From Octopus sinensis (lineage: Eukaryota), in NCBI RefSeq assembly GCF_006345805.1, contig NC_042997.1, forward strand, positions 212,102,001-212,166,000: a stretch of DNA of 64,000 nt, given 5' to 3'. The notes beneath the pieces are model-generated. The model saw nothing but the letters and a program-made list of their open reading frames with translations. It made no database searches and was not told the origin of the DNA. Shown piece after piece: positions 11,233 through 23,490 of this stretch (positions are counted from its first letter, which is position 1; each line of letters begins with the position of its first letter). The position numbers and the translations under genes are program-made.

Positions 11233-11853
11233 ATGGCAGAAGGTACTTCTGTTAACGGTGTTGCATCAAGCACGCATAAGCGGCGAGGTTACCTTGGATG
11301 GGATGAATACTTCATGTCAGTGGCTTTCCTCTCTGCTCAACGTAGCAAAGACCCAAGAACTCAGGTAGGAGCTTGTATTGTTAATGAAAATCAACGTATT
11401 GTTGGCACCGGATATAACGGTATGCCTCGAGGTTGTAGTGACGATGGAAAAACATCGTCACTACAACCTCGAGGCATACCGTTGGTGCCATAACAGTCCC
11501 ACTGAGCTAGATAACAATATCTCTACGTATGTCATGCTGAGCTTAATGCTGTTCTCAATAAGAACTCTGCAGACGTTCGCAATTGCACTATGTATGTCGG
11601 TTTGTTTACTTGCAATGAATGTGCTAAAGTCATTACACAGTCTGGAATTAAAGAAGTCATATACTTTTCGGATAAATATAAGGACCGAACTACCTCTCAA
11701 GCTTCTCGAAAAATGTTTAAACATGCTGAAATAAAATATCGCCAGTATCATCCTACAGACGAACAAATTGTTATAGATTTTACTTCAATAGAAGAAAAGA
11801 AAGACCCGATTATAAGTCCAGTTTCGCACCTTCCTTCTAAAGTTTCAACTTTA
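11233..11853 (+). pseudogene. DCTD: Disrupted second dCMP deaminase copy
   Basis: Aligns to 4955-5614. A foldback event adds a net 28 nt near 11446-11481, giving TAA at 11491-11493 plus two more stops. A 1-nt loss near 11516 restores the frame, and PCNEC is changed to TCNEC. Confidence 0.9.
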
Positions 11854-12262
11854 ATCAGATGCGAACATAAACACTTGGAATTCATTATATTGCCACCACT
11901 GCCTTTTCATAATGATATCCTGTTATATTTTCTAGCTAAAATATTAACTGTTGTATTTTTAACGAACATTTTTATTCCATTTTGTTTTCGTTTGTGTGTA
12001 CATAACATTTTAACTTCCTCTTTCTAAGAAAGTGAAACTATCCACATTTGCTCCAATACGCAGTAGCGTAGCTGGGGGGTGTGTGTGCATTTTGGGCCGC
12101 ACTTTTAAAGAGGCTAACGTGTGTGTGTCTGTATTTATTGTATGTGTGTATAAGTAGTTATATGCTTATATTATCTATTATAGTAATATTTTTCTGTTGA
12201 AATCCGTTTTAAGGCGGTCAATAGTTTAATTAAAGATGTGTCTATAAATGTGTGTGTATATA

Positions 12263-12349
<87 letters not shown>

Positions 12350-14088
12350 CATATTATATTTTATATTTCTATTTCCTTGTCTATTTATATTTACTATATA
12401 TGTTGTATAATGCCTTTACTAATATGTAATGGTGTAATAAAGTATTGATTGAGTATCATCTGATGGTTGATGTTTTATTGATTTAAGTATGTTTCTCCAT
12501 TTTCTAATTTTGTTACATATATATATATACATGTGTATACATATATATATATACACAAGTGTATACATTACACATGAAATGTATTTATTTATAAACTTTA
12601 AACTGAACTTCAATTGTTTTATAAACCTAACAGCTTGGTGTACGTAAATAAACGGCGTAAATTAACGAAGGTATAAACCTGACGGAAATACACGAAGTTG
12701 ACTACTTTCACTTCTAACAACCAAAGGCATGACTGCCGTTTTTTTTTTTGTGAGGGTCCGGGGACAGCAACTAGAAAGGCCTCCCCGGGCAGCACAGATT
12801 CTAGCTACGCTAGTGCCAATATTCCCTCTAACTCCATCTAATAAAAAGTTATCCGACTTCCACCCAGCATGTTGCGTCTTCTCACTAGCTTTTCTACTAC
12901 ATAGCCACTATCCACTGGAGCTGGTTGATCTCATACCTATTCTACTCAGGATCACCCGACTCCCTCTACCCTCTCGTCTCTTATTCATTTGCATAAAACA
13001 CTACACCTCATCTTTCTCAGACGTTAACTCTTGGAATATCTTTTCTGGAGTTGTTCAAGAACATCAGTTACATCGGTTCTACTAGCGAACTGTGGTCCGG
13101 GTGCGCGCAGTCGCGCATCCGCGCTAGCTAGTCGTAAGTAGTCGATCCTACAATGACTTTTTAACCCTAACCCTAACTTGTTTATAAAAATAATTTATTT
13201 CTTTAGTTAAAAAATCATTCACTTTGCATTTTATTTACTTTGTTCGAAAAATATTATTTAATATTATTTAATGGCGCGGGAGTGGCTGTGTGGTAAGTAG
13301 CTTGCTAACTAACCACATGGTTCCGGGTTCAGTCCCACCGCGTGGCATCTTGGGCAAGTGTCTTCTGCTATAGCCCCGGGCCGACCAATGCCTTGTGAGT
13401 GGATTTGGTAGACGGAAACTGAAAGAAGCCTGTCGTATATATATATGTATATATATATGAGTGTGTGTGTGTCTGTGTTTGTCCCCCTAGCATCGCTTGA
13501 CAACCGATGCTGATGTGTTTACGTCCCCGTCACTTAACGGTTCGGCAAAAAGAGACCGATAGAATAAGTGCTGGGCTTACAAAGAATAAGTCCCGGGGTC
13601 GATTTGCTCGACTAAAGGCGGTGCTCCAGCATGGCCGCAGTCAAATGACTGAAACAAGTAAAAGAGTAGAAGAGAGTAAAGAGTAAAGAGTAATTTTCTT
13701 TGATCTGTATTCAGCCTTGAAATACAAACATACGCGGAAGTCGTTGTAGGATCGACTACTTACGACTAGCTAGCGCGAGTGCGTGCACCACTGTTCGCTA
13801 GTAGTACCAGTTACATCAACTTAAACAGTTTCGGAGTCGCCTACGAAAGGTCACCAGTGCAGACCCTCACAGGTCAAACCAAACCATAAAAAAAAAAAAT
13901 TAGTTTTATTAGGTTAATTATGTGTTAATTTCCTTAGTTTTCATTATGTTAGTCCCTGAAATAATTGTGCCTATTTTTAATGTTTTATTCTTGTTTTTTT
14001 TTCGTTTAATTCTTAGATTATTCACATTGTAGTCTTTGTTTAACTTTCAAGTTTATTTGAATTTTATTCTTTATTTAAAAAATTATTC

Positions 14089-14903
14089 GGCGATGTTTCG
14101 CTTGTCGTAGCACACGTTTCCGTCGATTTCCGTAAAAAACTTTTATTTTTTTACATAAGTAATGAGAGCGAAAGAGACTAAGAGGAAGCGATTTTATGAC
14201 GAGGAAGTTTCTCTTTGAAGTCTCCGTGTGTGTGTTTGATGGGGTGTGGGAGACAGACAGTATGTTGTGTAAGTGAAGTGCTTCTGTTAGTGTGTGCGAA
14301 GAGACAGAGAGAGTAATGTGTGAAAGAGAGAAATAACTGAAATTTTTTACTCGATGTATGTGTATATGTATGTATGCATGTATGTGTGTGTGTGTATGTA
14401 TCTATGTATGTGTGTATGTGTATGTATCTATGTATGTGTGTGTATGTATCTATGTATGTGTGTAAGTATGTATGTGTGTATGTATGTATGTATGGCCGAT
14501 TCAGTGTAACATACATACACACACATACATAGATACATACACACACATACATAGATACATACACACATACATACTTACACACATACATAGATACATACAC
14601 ACACACACATACATGCATACATACATATACACATACACCGAGTAAAAAATTTCAGTTATTTCTCTCTTTCACACATTACTCTCTCTGTCTCTTCGCACAC
14701 ACTAACAGAAGCACTTCACTTACACAACATACTGTCTGTCTCCCACACCCCATCAAACACACACACGGAGACTTCAAAGAGAAACTTCCTCGTCATAAAA
14801 TCGCTTCCTCTTAGTCTCTTTCGCTCTCATTACTTATGTAAAAAAATAAAAGTTTTTTACGGAAATCGACGGAAACGTGTGCTACGACAACCGAAACATT
14901 GCC
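14089..14903. mobile_element. 815-bp foldback element with ~400-bp TIRs and 8-bp TSD
   Basis: GGCGATGTTTCG...CGAAACATTGCC termini; the arms, including mirrored TATG/CATA microsatellites, pair to a ~15-nt centre at 14495-14509; TSD aattattc at 14081-14088 and 14904-14911. Confidence 0.85.
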
Positions 14904-16084
14904 AATTATTCATTCAAATCTTGATAAGCATGTTATTGTTTGAATTTTTCAACCATAGATTCAAATTCCTATTTCATTATATGTTTGTAATTATGTGTAA
15001 ATTTTTAATTTCATCCTTAGTGTAAAATCATTCGTGAATCTAACCCCTATCAGGTTCTTTGTTCGCCCCTTGTGGGTAATAAAAAAACAGGTATGTATGT
15101 GTGTGTGTGTGTGTGTGTGTAGGGGTCTATATCACCTTAAAACACTGCAACACTTTGTACCACTCAACACACTGCAACACTTTATAACACTCTACACACT
15201 GAAACATTTAATCTAAATTCAGGCACACAACCCCCCACCTCCCCCGAAATACTTTGTTTCCCTACTGACAAAGATCTTCAAAAGGAATTAGTGTCTTCGG
15301 TCAGATTCTGGGTCATTAGGTTATTACATAGCATCAACAATGAATTATCAGTCAATGTGTTAGTGAACAACACATATACACAACACAAACACACGCACAC
15401 ACACGTTATAATCTGAGACTGGTTATAAAATAATATAGGAATGTTTTATTCAAATAAGGTAATTATCAAAAACAACAAATGGAGTAAATAAAATAACAAA
15501 ACGTTATAAAAACAAAATGATCCTTCTTTTTACTAATTTTAATGACTTTCAATCAGCCACTCATATTTTCTGATAGATTATCAACCAAGAAATGATAAAG
15601 TGTAGAGTCAGTGAAGTATATGATTAAAGTGTTGAGATGACATCCACTTGTGAAGTGATCACATCCACTTATCTAACCCTCACTTAATATCTTCAGATAA
15701 CAGATTATTCTCCACAAACAAATAATGAATGTAACCTCAGTGGAAAGTGATTGTAGGGACAATGCTGCGTCAAAAAGAGATAAAAGAAATGGGTTCTATA
15801 CAGCAGTACACAGCAATACCTAGATTAGCTATGGCCAATAAGACATAAGAGATAGTTTGGTAAAGGGTCAGCCACCAATCCATTTCAACATCTGGTCACT
15901 TACAAATGGGGTGTCTTCTCCCTCTTTCTCATAAACATTGCTACAACTGTCTTTGCTTGTCTAAATCATCTGGGTACACACCCCATTCAGCACATGACCA
16001 ATGAGAACAAGATGCAAGGTAAACATGTTTCTGTCATATTAAACCTCTTCAGTGCATACCGAGTAATACACATGCAGTAGAATC

Positions 16085-16330
16085 ACCCTATGAAGTTCTT
16101 TGTATATATACCCCTTTAAATTCAATACCATTGACGATTTTTTTCCTCTGTCTTCCCTTCCTTGGATCTTTCCTTTTCCTATGTTTCTGACGAAGAGCTC
16201 CGCTCAAAACGTTAAATCCTCCTTCGTTCTTTCCTTTCCTGAGTGTCCAATAACACTGTACTTGCTCCACGTCCTCGCGTTTTCTCTTTGGGATGCGTAC
16301 AAGGTAGAGGAATTAGACAACGAAGAACTT
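16085..16330 (+). mobile_element. Penelope-like pseudo-LTR remnant with a mutated minimal hammerhead (16184-16216)
   Basis: ttt CTGACGA a gagc-tcc-gctc AAAA CG T T aaa: GAAA has become AAAA (G12A), ACGT palindromic stem III. The PLE assignment is inferred from this architecture. Confidence 0.5.
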
Positions 16331-19170
16331 CTCCTTTGTTTCCTATTGATAGTTGGAATGCTTGCTTTAGAACAGAACCAGGTATTCCTTGCACTAATAA
16401 CCATTTAGAGGGATGTCACAATGCACACATCCGAATCTATGGAAACTAATTACGGCACTGAAAAAGGAAGAACATTTGGCACAATTGAGAAAGGTTGAAT
16501 TTGATTGAGGTGAGATCTGCGAGAGCCCCCCAAAAATATAAAGATACAAACAAACAGCTGCAGATAATTGTTGAGCGATCGAGTCCCGAAAATAAAATGG
16601 AATTTTTACAAGCAATCGCTCAAGACCTTCATCATTATTAAAGCTTTTAGCAATGTTTTTATGCTTTACTATAATTTTTATCATATCTTTATTTCAATGA
16701 TTTACTTTTTTCTAATATTGGGAATGGAATTATCAGGAGTCAAATTACTGGTCACTGTCTGTCTGTCTGTATGTATACACAAGTATATTACACACACACA
16801 CACACACACACTAATGTACACACATTCACTCAAATCCTTGAGGAAAGAATACATTTCAAGAGAGCAACACTTATAGAAATACTATTTTACTTTTTCTCAG
16901 AACATTTAATGAACCATAAACAAATGCAACTTCCCCACAAATAGATTTAGATTCCAATTTTTCACATAATAAAGTGCCATGATACTTTGGCAATCCATTC
17001 TAGGAAGTGAAATGGAATCTTGCTTGGTATGGAATAAATACAACTAATTAGGTTTGGTTTGGCAGAAATTCTTCATTTGAAAGCAATGTAGGAAACAGAA
17101 AAGAAAATTTGGTAGAAAGCAAAAATGTGACATTTTTGTCAAGCTAAAAGAAATGGCACCATGTACTTAATTTGTATTCTCATAGCGGAAGAGTGTCAAG
17201 TCAAAATAAGAAACACAGATATAGCTTAAAAGTATATAAAATATTAATTCAAATATTAATAATAATAATAATAATAACAGTACAATATTAAATGAAAGTT
17301 TACATCTCTGTGTTGCCATAACTGAGCAATTCTCTCTTTACTCTCTTTTACTCTTTTACTGGTTTCAGTCATTTGACTGCGGCCATGCTGGAGCACCGCC
17401 TTTAGTCGAGCAAATCGACCCCGGGACTTATTCTTTGTAAGCCCAGTACTTATTCTATCGGTCTCTTTTGCCGAACCGCTAAGTGACGGGGACGTAAACA
17501 CACCAGCAATGCTAGGGGGACAAACACAGACACACAAACATATACACACACACTTATATATATATATATACATATATACGACAGGCTTCTTTCAGTTTCC
17601 GTCTACCAAATCCACTCACAAGGCATTGGTCGGCCCGGGGCTATAGCAGAAGACAGTTGCCCAAGATGCCACGCAGTGGGACTGAACCCGGAACCATGTG
17701 GTTGGTTAGCAAGCTACTTACCACACAGCCACTCCTGCGCCTGTTTTTTTTTAATGAGAATCTTATGGCCATTGATGAAAGCCAAAGTGAGCAGTGTCTT
17801 GTTAAAGTTGTCACAGCTTGCAGTCTTTCACAATAGGCAACAATGAGAAGCAATCAAATTTAGCTGATAGTAAAATTATTCATTTTATTCCAACTAAAAA
17901 TATTTATTCAGATCAAAGAAATCTAGAAATAAAAATTGGATGAGTGATATTTCCATTTTCATTTCAAATTTCAACCGGAGCAAATATATCTTCTCCAAAT
18001 CAATATCCGGGAGTTGTAGTTTAGATGTAAGTATTTATTGAAAAGGGCCATGATCATCCCGTCTCTTCTTTTTTCAGTCACAGTGGACTGAGGACAACAA
18101 TACCTAAAGTGACCTTTAGTCTAAGATGATAGAGTTTCGTTTAAAAGCAATTTAGCTACTGCTTCTAGCTGGTTCATTGAACAATGGCCACCGCATAGAT
18201 TTCTATATTATATCTTTAACAAAATTGGTGAAATAACAGTGAGGAAATAAAGACTTTAGTCCATCCCAAGTTATTTGATTATTGTTGGTTATAAATAGCA
18301 CCCACCCCTCTCTCTCCTTCCCCTTTCAGCACCTCCCCACTCGCCTCCAGACCCCACCAATGCCGCTTTGATTCACAGACAATCAATGAAAACTCAATTC
18401 CAGACACCACTGTTAGCTCCATCTTATTTGAATGAGATTATCTCTGTATGGATTACCTGACTCACACTGTGATTTAATCCAGGCATAATGACATAAGACA
18501 CAAATCACACAAACACCTGCTCTCATCTCGTTAACCAGTTTCCCAAGGGATTAGAAGGAACTTTCTTCACACAACAAATAATAATCAGATTATCAACTGC
18601 GACGCAGTCACCATCTCCTCTGTGCCTCACAACAACCCTGGCTTCTGACATTAATTAAAGACCCCATTGTTCAGCCATTGTCACCTATGATTGATTTCTG
18701 TAATTTCGTACCAGTAATTAAACATGATGACAGGAAAAGAAAAAAAAAAGAATCTTTAATCAGACTCCAGTCCATTGGAATGGCTGTATGGTTAAGAGGT
18801 TTGCTTTGCTACCCACATGGTTTCAGGTTCAGTCCTAACAAGTGGTGTCTTGGGTAGGTGCCTTGGACCAGCCAAACTTTTGTGAGTGGATTTCGTAGAT
18901 GGAAACTGAAAGAAGCCTGTTGTATGTGCATGTGTCCCCCACATCACCACCACTACTTGACAACTAGAGATAGAGCAAAAGAAACTGATAAATTAAATAC
19001 CAGACTTAAAAAAAAGAGAAGTCCTTGGGTCACTTTGTTTGACCCTTCAAGGTGGTGCCCCAGTATGGGCACAGTTCAATGACTGAAACAAGTGAAAGAT
19101 AAAAGATTATAATAGTTAAAGTATAAATTCAATTTTATCAAACAATACAGGAGTTAAAGTGAAGAATTAA

Positions 19171-21400
19171 CCCTTTTGATACCAACCTGGCTGAAACCAC
19201 CTCTGGCTCTGCAGTATAAATGTCTTGTTTCCAAAAGTTCTGAATTAAAATCATCCACCAAACCTTAGTCACAATTTATGTTCGTAACACCAGCTTAATG
19301 ATAACTAAGTTATTTGACTAAATTCTTTGTTATATTTAAAGTAATTGAAAAAAATACAGAGCATCTCTACAGAAATATGGTAATAGAAGGGTTCAAATAT
19401 ATAATAGAGAAACAATTCTTAACCCTTTTGATACCAACCTGGCTGAAACCACCTCTGGCTCTGCAGTATAAATGTCTTGTTTCCAAAAGTTCTGAATTAA
19501 AATCATCCACCAAACCTTAGTCACAATTTATGTTCCTAATACTAGCTGAATGATAACTAAGTTATTTGACTAAATTCTTTGTTATATTTAAAGTAATTGA
19601 AAAAAATACAGAGCATCTCTACAGAAATATGGTAATAGAAGGGTTCAAATATATAATAGAGAAACAATTCTTAACCCTTTTGATACCAACCTGGCTGAAA
19701 CCACCTCTGGCTCTGCAGTATAAATGTCTTGTTTCCAAAAGTTCTGAATTAAAATCATCCACCAAACCTTAGTCACAATTTATGTTCCTAATACTAGCTG
19801 AATGATAACTAAGTTATTTGACTAAATTCTTTGTTATATTTAAGTAATTGAAAAAAATACAGAGCATCTCTACAGAAATATGGTAATAGAAGGGTTCAAA
19901 TATATAATAGAGAAACAATTCTTACCCTTTTGATACCAACCTGGCTGAAACCACCTCTGGCTCTGCAGTATAAATGTCTTGTTTCCAAAAGTTCTGAATT
20001 AAAATCATCCACCAAACCTTAGTCACAATTTATGTTCCTAATACTAGCTGAATGATAACTAAGTTATTTGACTAAATTCTTTGTTATATTTAAAGTAATT
20101 GAAAAAAATACAGAGCATCTCTACAGAAATATGGTAATAGAAGGGTTCAAATATATAATAGAGAAACAATTCTTAACCCTTTTGATACCAACCTGGCTGA
20201 AACCACCTCTGGCTCTGCAGTATAAATGTCTTGTTTCCAAAAGTTCTGAATTAAAATCATCCACCAAACCTTAGTCACAATTTATGTTCCTAATACTAGC
20301 TGAATGATAACTAAGTTATTTGACTAAATTCTTTGTTATTTTAAGTAATTGAAAAAAATACAGAGCATCTCTACAGAAATATGGTAATAGAAGGGTTCAA
20401 ATATATAATAGAGAAACAATTCTTAACCCTTTTGATACCAACCTGGCTGAAACCACCTCTGGCTCTGCAGTATAAATGTCTTGTTTCCAAAAGTTCTGAA
20501 TTAAAATCATCCACCAAACCTTAGTCACAATTTATGTTCCTAATACTAGCTGAATGATAACTAAGTTATTTGACTAAATTCTTTGTTATATTTAAAGTAA
20601 TTGAAAAAAATACAGAGCATCTCTACAGAAATATGGTAATAGAAGGGTTCAAATATATAATAGAGAAACAATTCTTAACCTTTTGATACCAACCTGGCTG
20701 AAACCACCTCTGGCTCTGCAGTATAAATGTCTTGTTTCCAAAAGTTCTGAATTAAAATCATCCACCAAACCTTAGTCACAATTTATGTTCCTAATACTAG
20801 CTGAATGATAACTAAGTTATTTGACTAAATTCTTTGTTATATTTAAAGTAATTGAAAAAAATACAGAGCATCTCTACAGAAATATGGTAATAGAAGGGTT
20901 CAAATATAATAGAGAAACAATTCTTAACCCTTTTGATACCAACCTGGCTGAAACCACCTCTGGCTCTGCAGTATAAATGTCTTGTTTCCAAAAGTTCTGA
21001 ATTAAAATCATCCACCAAACCTTAGTCACAATTTATGTTCCTAATACTAGCTGAATGATAACTAAGTTATTTGACTAATTCTTTGTTATATTTAAAGTAA
21101 TTGAAAAAAATACAGAGCATCTCTACAGAAATATGGTAATAGAAGGGTTCAAATATATAATAGAGAAACAATTCTTAACCCTTTTGATACCAACCTGGCT
21201 GAAACCACCTCTGGCTCTGCAGTATAAATGTCTTGTTTCCAAAAGTTCTGAATTAAAATCATCCACCAAACCTTAGTCACAATTTATGTTCCTAACACTA
21301 GCTGAATGATAACTAAGTTATTTGACTAAATTCTTTGTTATATTTAAAATCAATTGAAAGAAACACAGAGCATCTCTACAGAAATTCGGTAACAAAAGGG
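19171..21400. repeat. Nine-copy ~252-bp tandem satellite built from a piggyBac-type MITE
   Basis: Period 252 (19314, 19566...). The unit starts TTAA|CCCTTTTGATACC and the array ends GGTAACAAAAGGG|TTAA. Solo copies at 42067-42288 and, inverted, at ~22468-22710. Confidence 0.92.
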
Positions 21401-21784
21401 TTAACAAAGCTGTCTGCAATGTCTGGCTCTTAGTAATGGAATATTCTATGAATTACCATAAACCTGAGTTAGAAAAGAAAACTATTGCAAACACAAAGAC
21501 AATTGCATCTGAAAGCAGTTACCTAGGTTTTATTTTGTGATTAAATAAAATTAATTCAATGACAGCAGCTGCAATGAAAATAAGGAAAATATAACCCCTA
21601 CAGCAATATCAGATATTTTAGTGGAGCCATACCAAAATGGAAATAATTTCCACACAGAATCCAAAAGCGATTTGTGCCAAGAGGCTGGATTTGGGTTTTA
21701 AATTTCGTTTTGCTCTCAATATTATTTCATCTTTGTTTTAAACATTTGATTATATTTAAAAAAAAATATGATTTTACATTATTA

Positions 21785-22112
21785 CTAGGCAGTATCGCCT
21801 GGCGTTGCTCGGCTTTGTTTCGACCCTTTAGAATTGGAATTTTTGAAAAGTAAAAGTTTTGTATTATGTAGCTCTTTAAGTGAACATAATAGGGATTTTC
21901 ATAGAAAAAAAGCACCTTTTTGATGTAAATAATTTTTGGTGTTAACATGGTCCAATTTGAAGTTTTTCTTCTACGGAAGGAAGAGCAAGCCTTCTTCTAT
22001 CATACTCTCAATTTTGGTCAACTTGCGCTGCAGGGTCTCGGAGGATATAGTGTTAGTTGAAGGCTACCAAACCTGCCATACACAGACAACTTCAGCTTTC
22101 TATATATATAGA
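21785..22112 (-). mobile_element. Short non-autonomous Helitron
   Basis: Minus strand begins A|TCTATATATA and ends gagcaacgccaggcgatactgcCTAG|T with a GC-rich subterminal palindrome; no target-site duplication. Confidence 0.75.
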
Positions 22113-22119
22113 TTTACAA

Positions 22120-22320
22120 TGGACGGATAGGTCTCCTCACCTTGTTTGTTGTTACCAAGTTTCGGTTGATGTACTCTCCAGTCTTCATCAGGTGTTCTGG
22201 TGGAATTTTGAACCCAACCCCTTATTTGACTAATGGGGTTCTCTGTTTTCATTCCTAAGATCTTTTTTTTTACTGATGTTATTTTTTCTGTAGATATTAT
22301 TCTCCCACCCACCACCTAAT
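22120..22320 (-). mobile_element. Penelope-like pseudo-LTR remnant with a degenerate hammerhead (~22152-22195)
   Basis: Minus strand acac CTGATGA agactggagagtacatcaacc GAAA cttggta: core present, stems I and II eroded. Confidence 0.5.
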
Positions 22321-23284
22321 GTCAAACTGTCAACCCATACCAGCATGGAAAATGGATGTTAAATGATGATGATGATGATGACCTGTTCAGGTACTGTTGT
22401 TGACTGGTTCACCTCATCAAACAAAATCTCCAAATGTTCCAGCTCTACAACAATCTAAGCCATGTTAACACTTTTTACTGTATTTCTGTTGAGATGCTCT
22501 GTGTTTCTTTCAATTACTTTAAATATAACAAAGAATTTAGTAAAATAACTTAGTTATCATTAAGCTAGTGTTAGGAACATAAATTGTGACTAAGGTTTGG
22601 TGGAAGATTTTAATTGAGAACTTTTGAAAACAAGACTTCCATTTTCGCTTCAACTCCAGAGCTTCAGAGCCAGAGGTGGTTTCAGCGGGGTTGGTATGGA
22701 AAGGGTTAAGAAATCTTCAGGAGATTTCTAAGCAGTGAATTCCTTTACAGTCACCACTGATACATTTGTAATGAAAATTTGATAAGTCCAACTTGGCTTC
22801 TGTTTTGTAGAAGTGTTATCATCAACAGGCAGCCACCAAAGCTGATAAGTTAAGCGACTTTTCTTTATCAGTTAAAGTGTTTCCTTTCAGGTTGCAAAGA
22901 AGGAAATCAGAGTCAAGGAAGGTTACAGCTTCACTTATCTAAAACAAACTTCTCTTACAACTCAACACTGTGATGGGAAGTGAGGTGGGTGCATGTGTCT
23001 GTGCGCGCGCATGAGTGAGTGTATACAAATATGTAACTGTTTTCTGAAACAGAATTGCATATCTAAAGTTTTGCTATATTATACACCCTGGTGTGTTTTC
23101 CTCTTTAATATATATAAAAAATTAAATATATTAAATAGGGGTGTTTATTAATAGCTGCCAGGAATGTATTATCTATGCAAATGGATTTATGTGATGTAGT
23201 GAGTCCCTTAATAATAGGGGTGACAAAGTGTTAATGTACCGAGGGAGAAATTATGTCCGATGTCGTGTGCAAAGGAGAAGACTG

Positions 23285-23490
23285 TGCTGGTTTGGTCAGG
23301 TGATGCATGCAGATGAGGACAGTTGCATAAAGAAGTGAGGGTTACTTAAAATGGAACTTGTGGAAGAGGAAAACCTAGGAAGACATGGGGTGAAGACAGA
23401 AGGCTGATCTCAAGATGCTAAGCCTCACAGAGGAGATGACAAAGAGCCAAGGCGAATGGTGATTTTCTGTGCTTGAGAAAACCTGTTCAT
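23285..23490 (+). mobile_element. Degenerate RTE-type LINE 3' end
   Basis: Eroded WFG.V...DEDSC.KK...GRGKPRKTW...DLKML.LTEEMT motif string. Confidence 0.55.

Larger units (their letters stand above)
1..13923. repeat. Tandem segmental duplication with a ~6.2 kb unit: tail of an upstream unit (1-1468) plus full units 1469-7730 and 7731-13923
   Basis: The sequence at position 1 (catctgatgg...) recurs at 6224 and 12457, and the ORF-track peptides recur with the same period. Similarity stops after 'ttaattatgt' at 13923; the same motif ends at 1468 and 7730. Confidence 0.97.

Noticed and set aside
4955-11853. Retro-fixed A-to-I editing or deaminase hypermutation as the cause of the DCTD differences
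   Set aside because: The substitutions include many transversions (A/C, G/C, A/T) and run in both directions.
16020-16060. Hammerhead-like CTGAAGA...GAAACATGT on the minus strand
   Set aside because: No G10.1-C11.1 pair, and stem I does not close next to the core.
19314-20274. Repeated 68-aa ORF MTKFFVIF...
   Set aside because: Starts at a TTG inside a non-coding MITE unit and has no recognisable domain.
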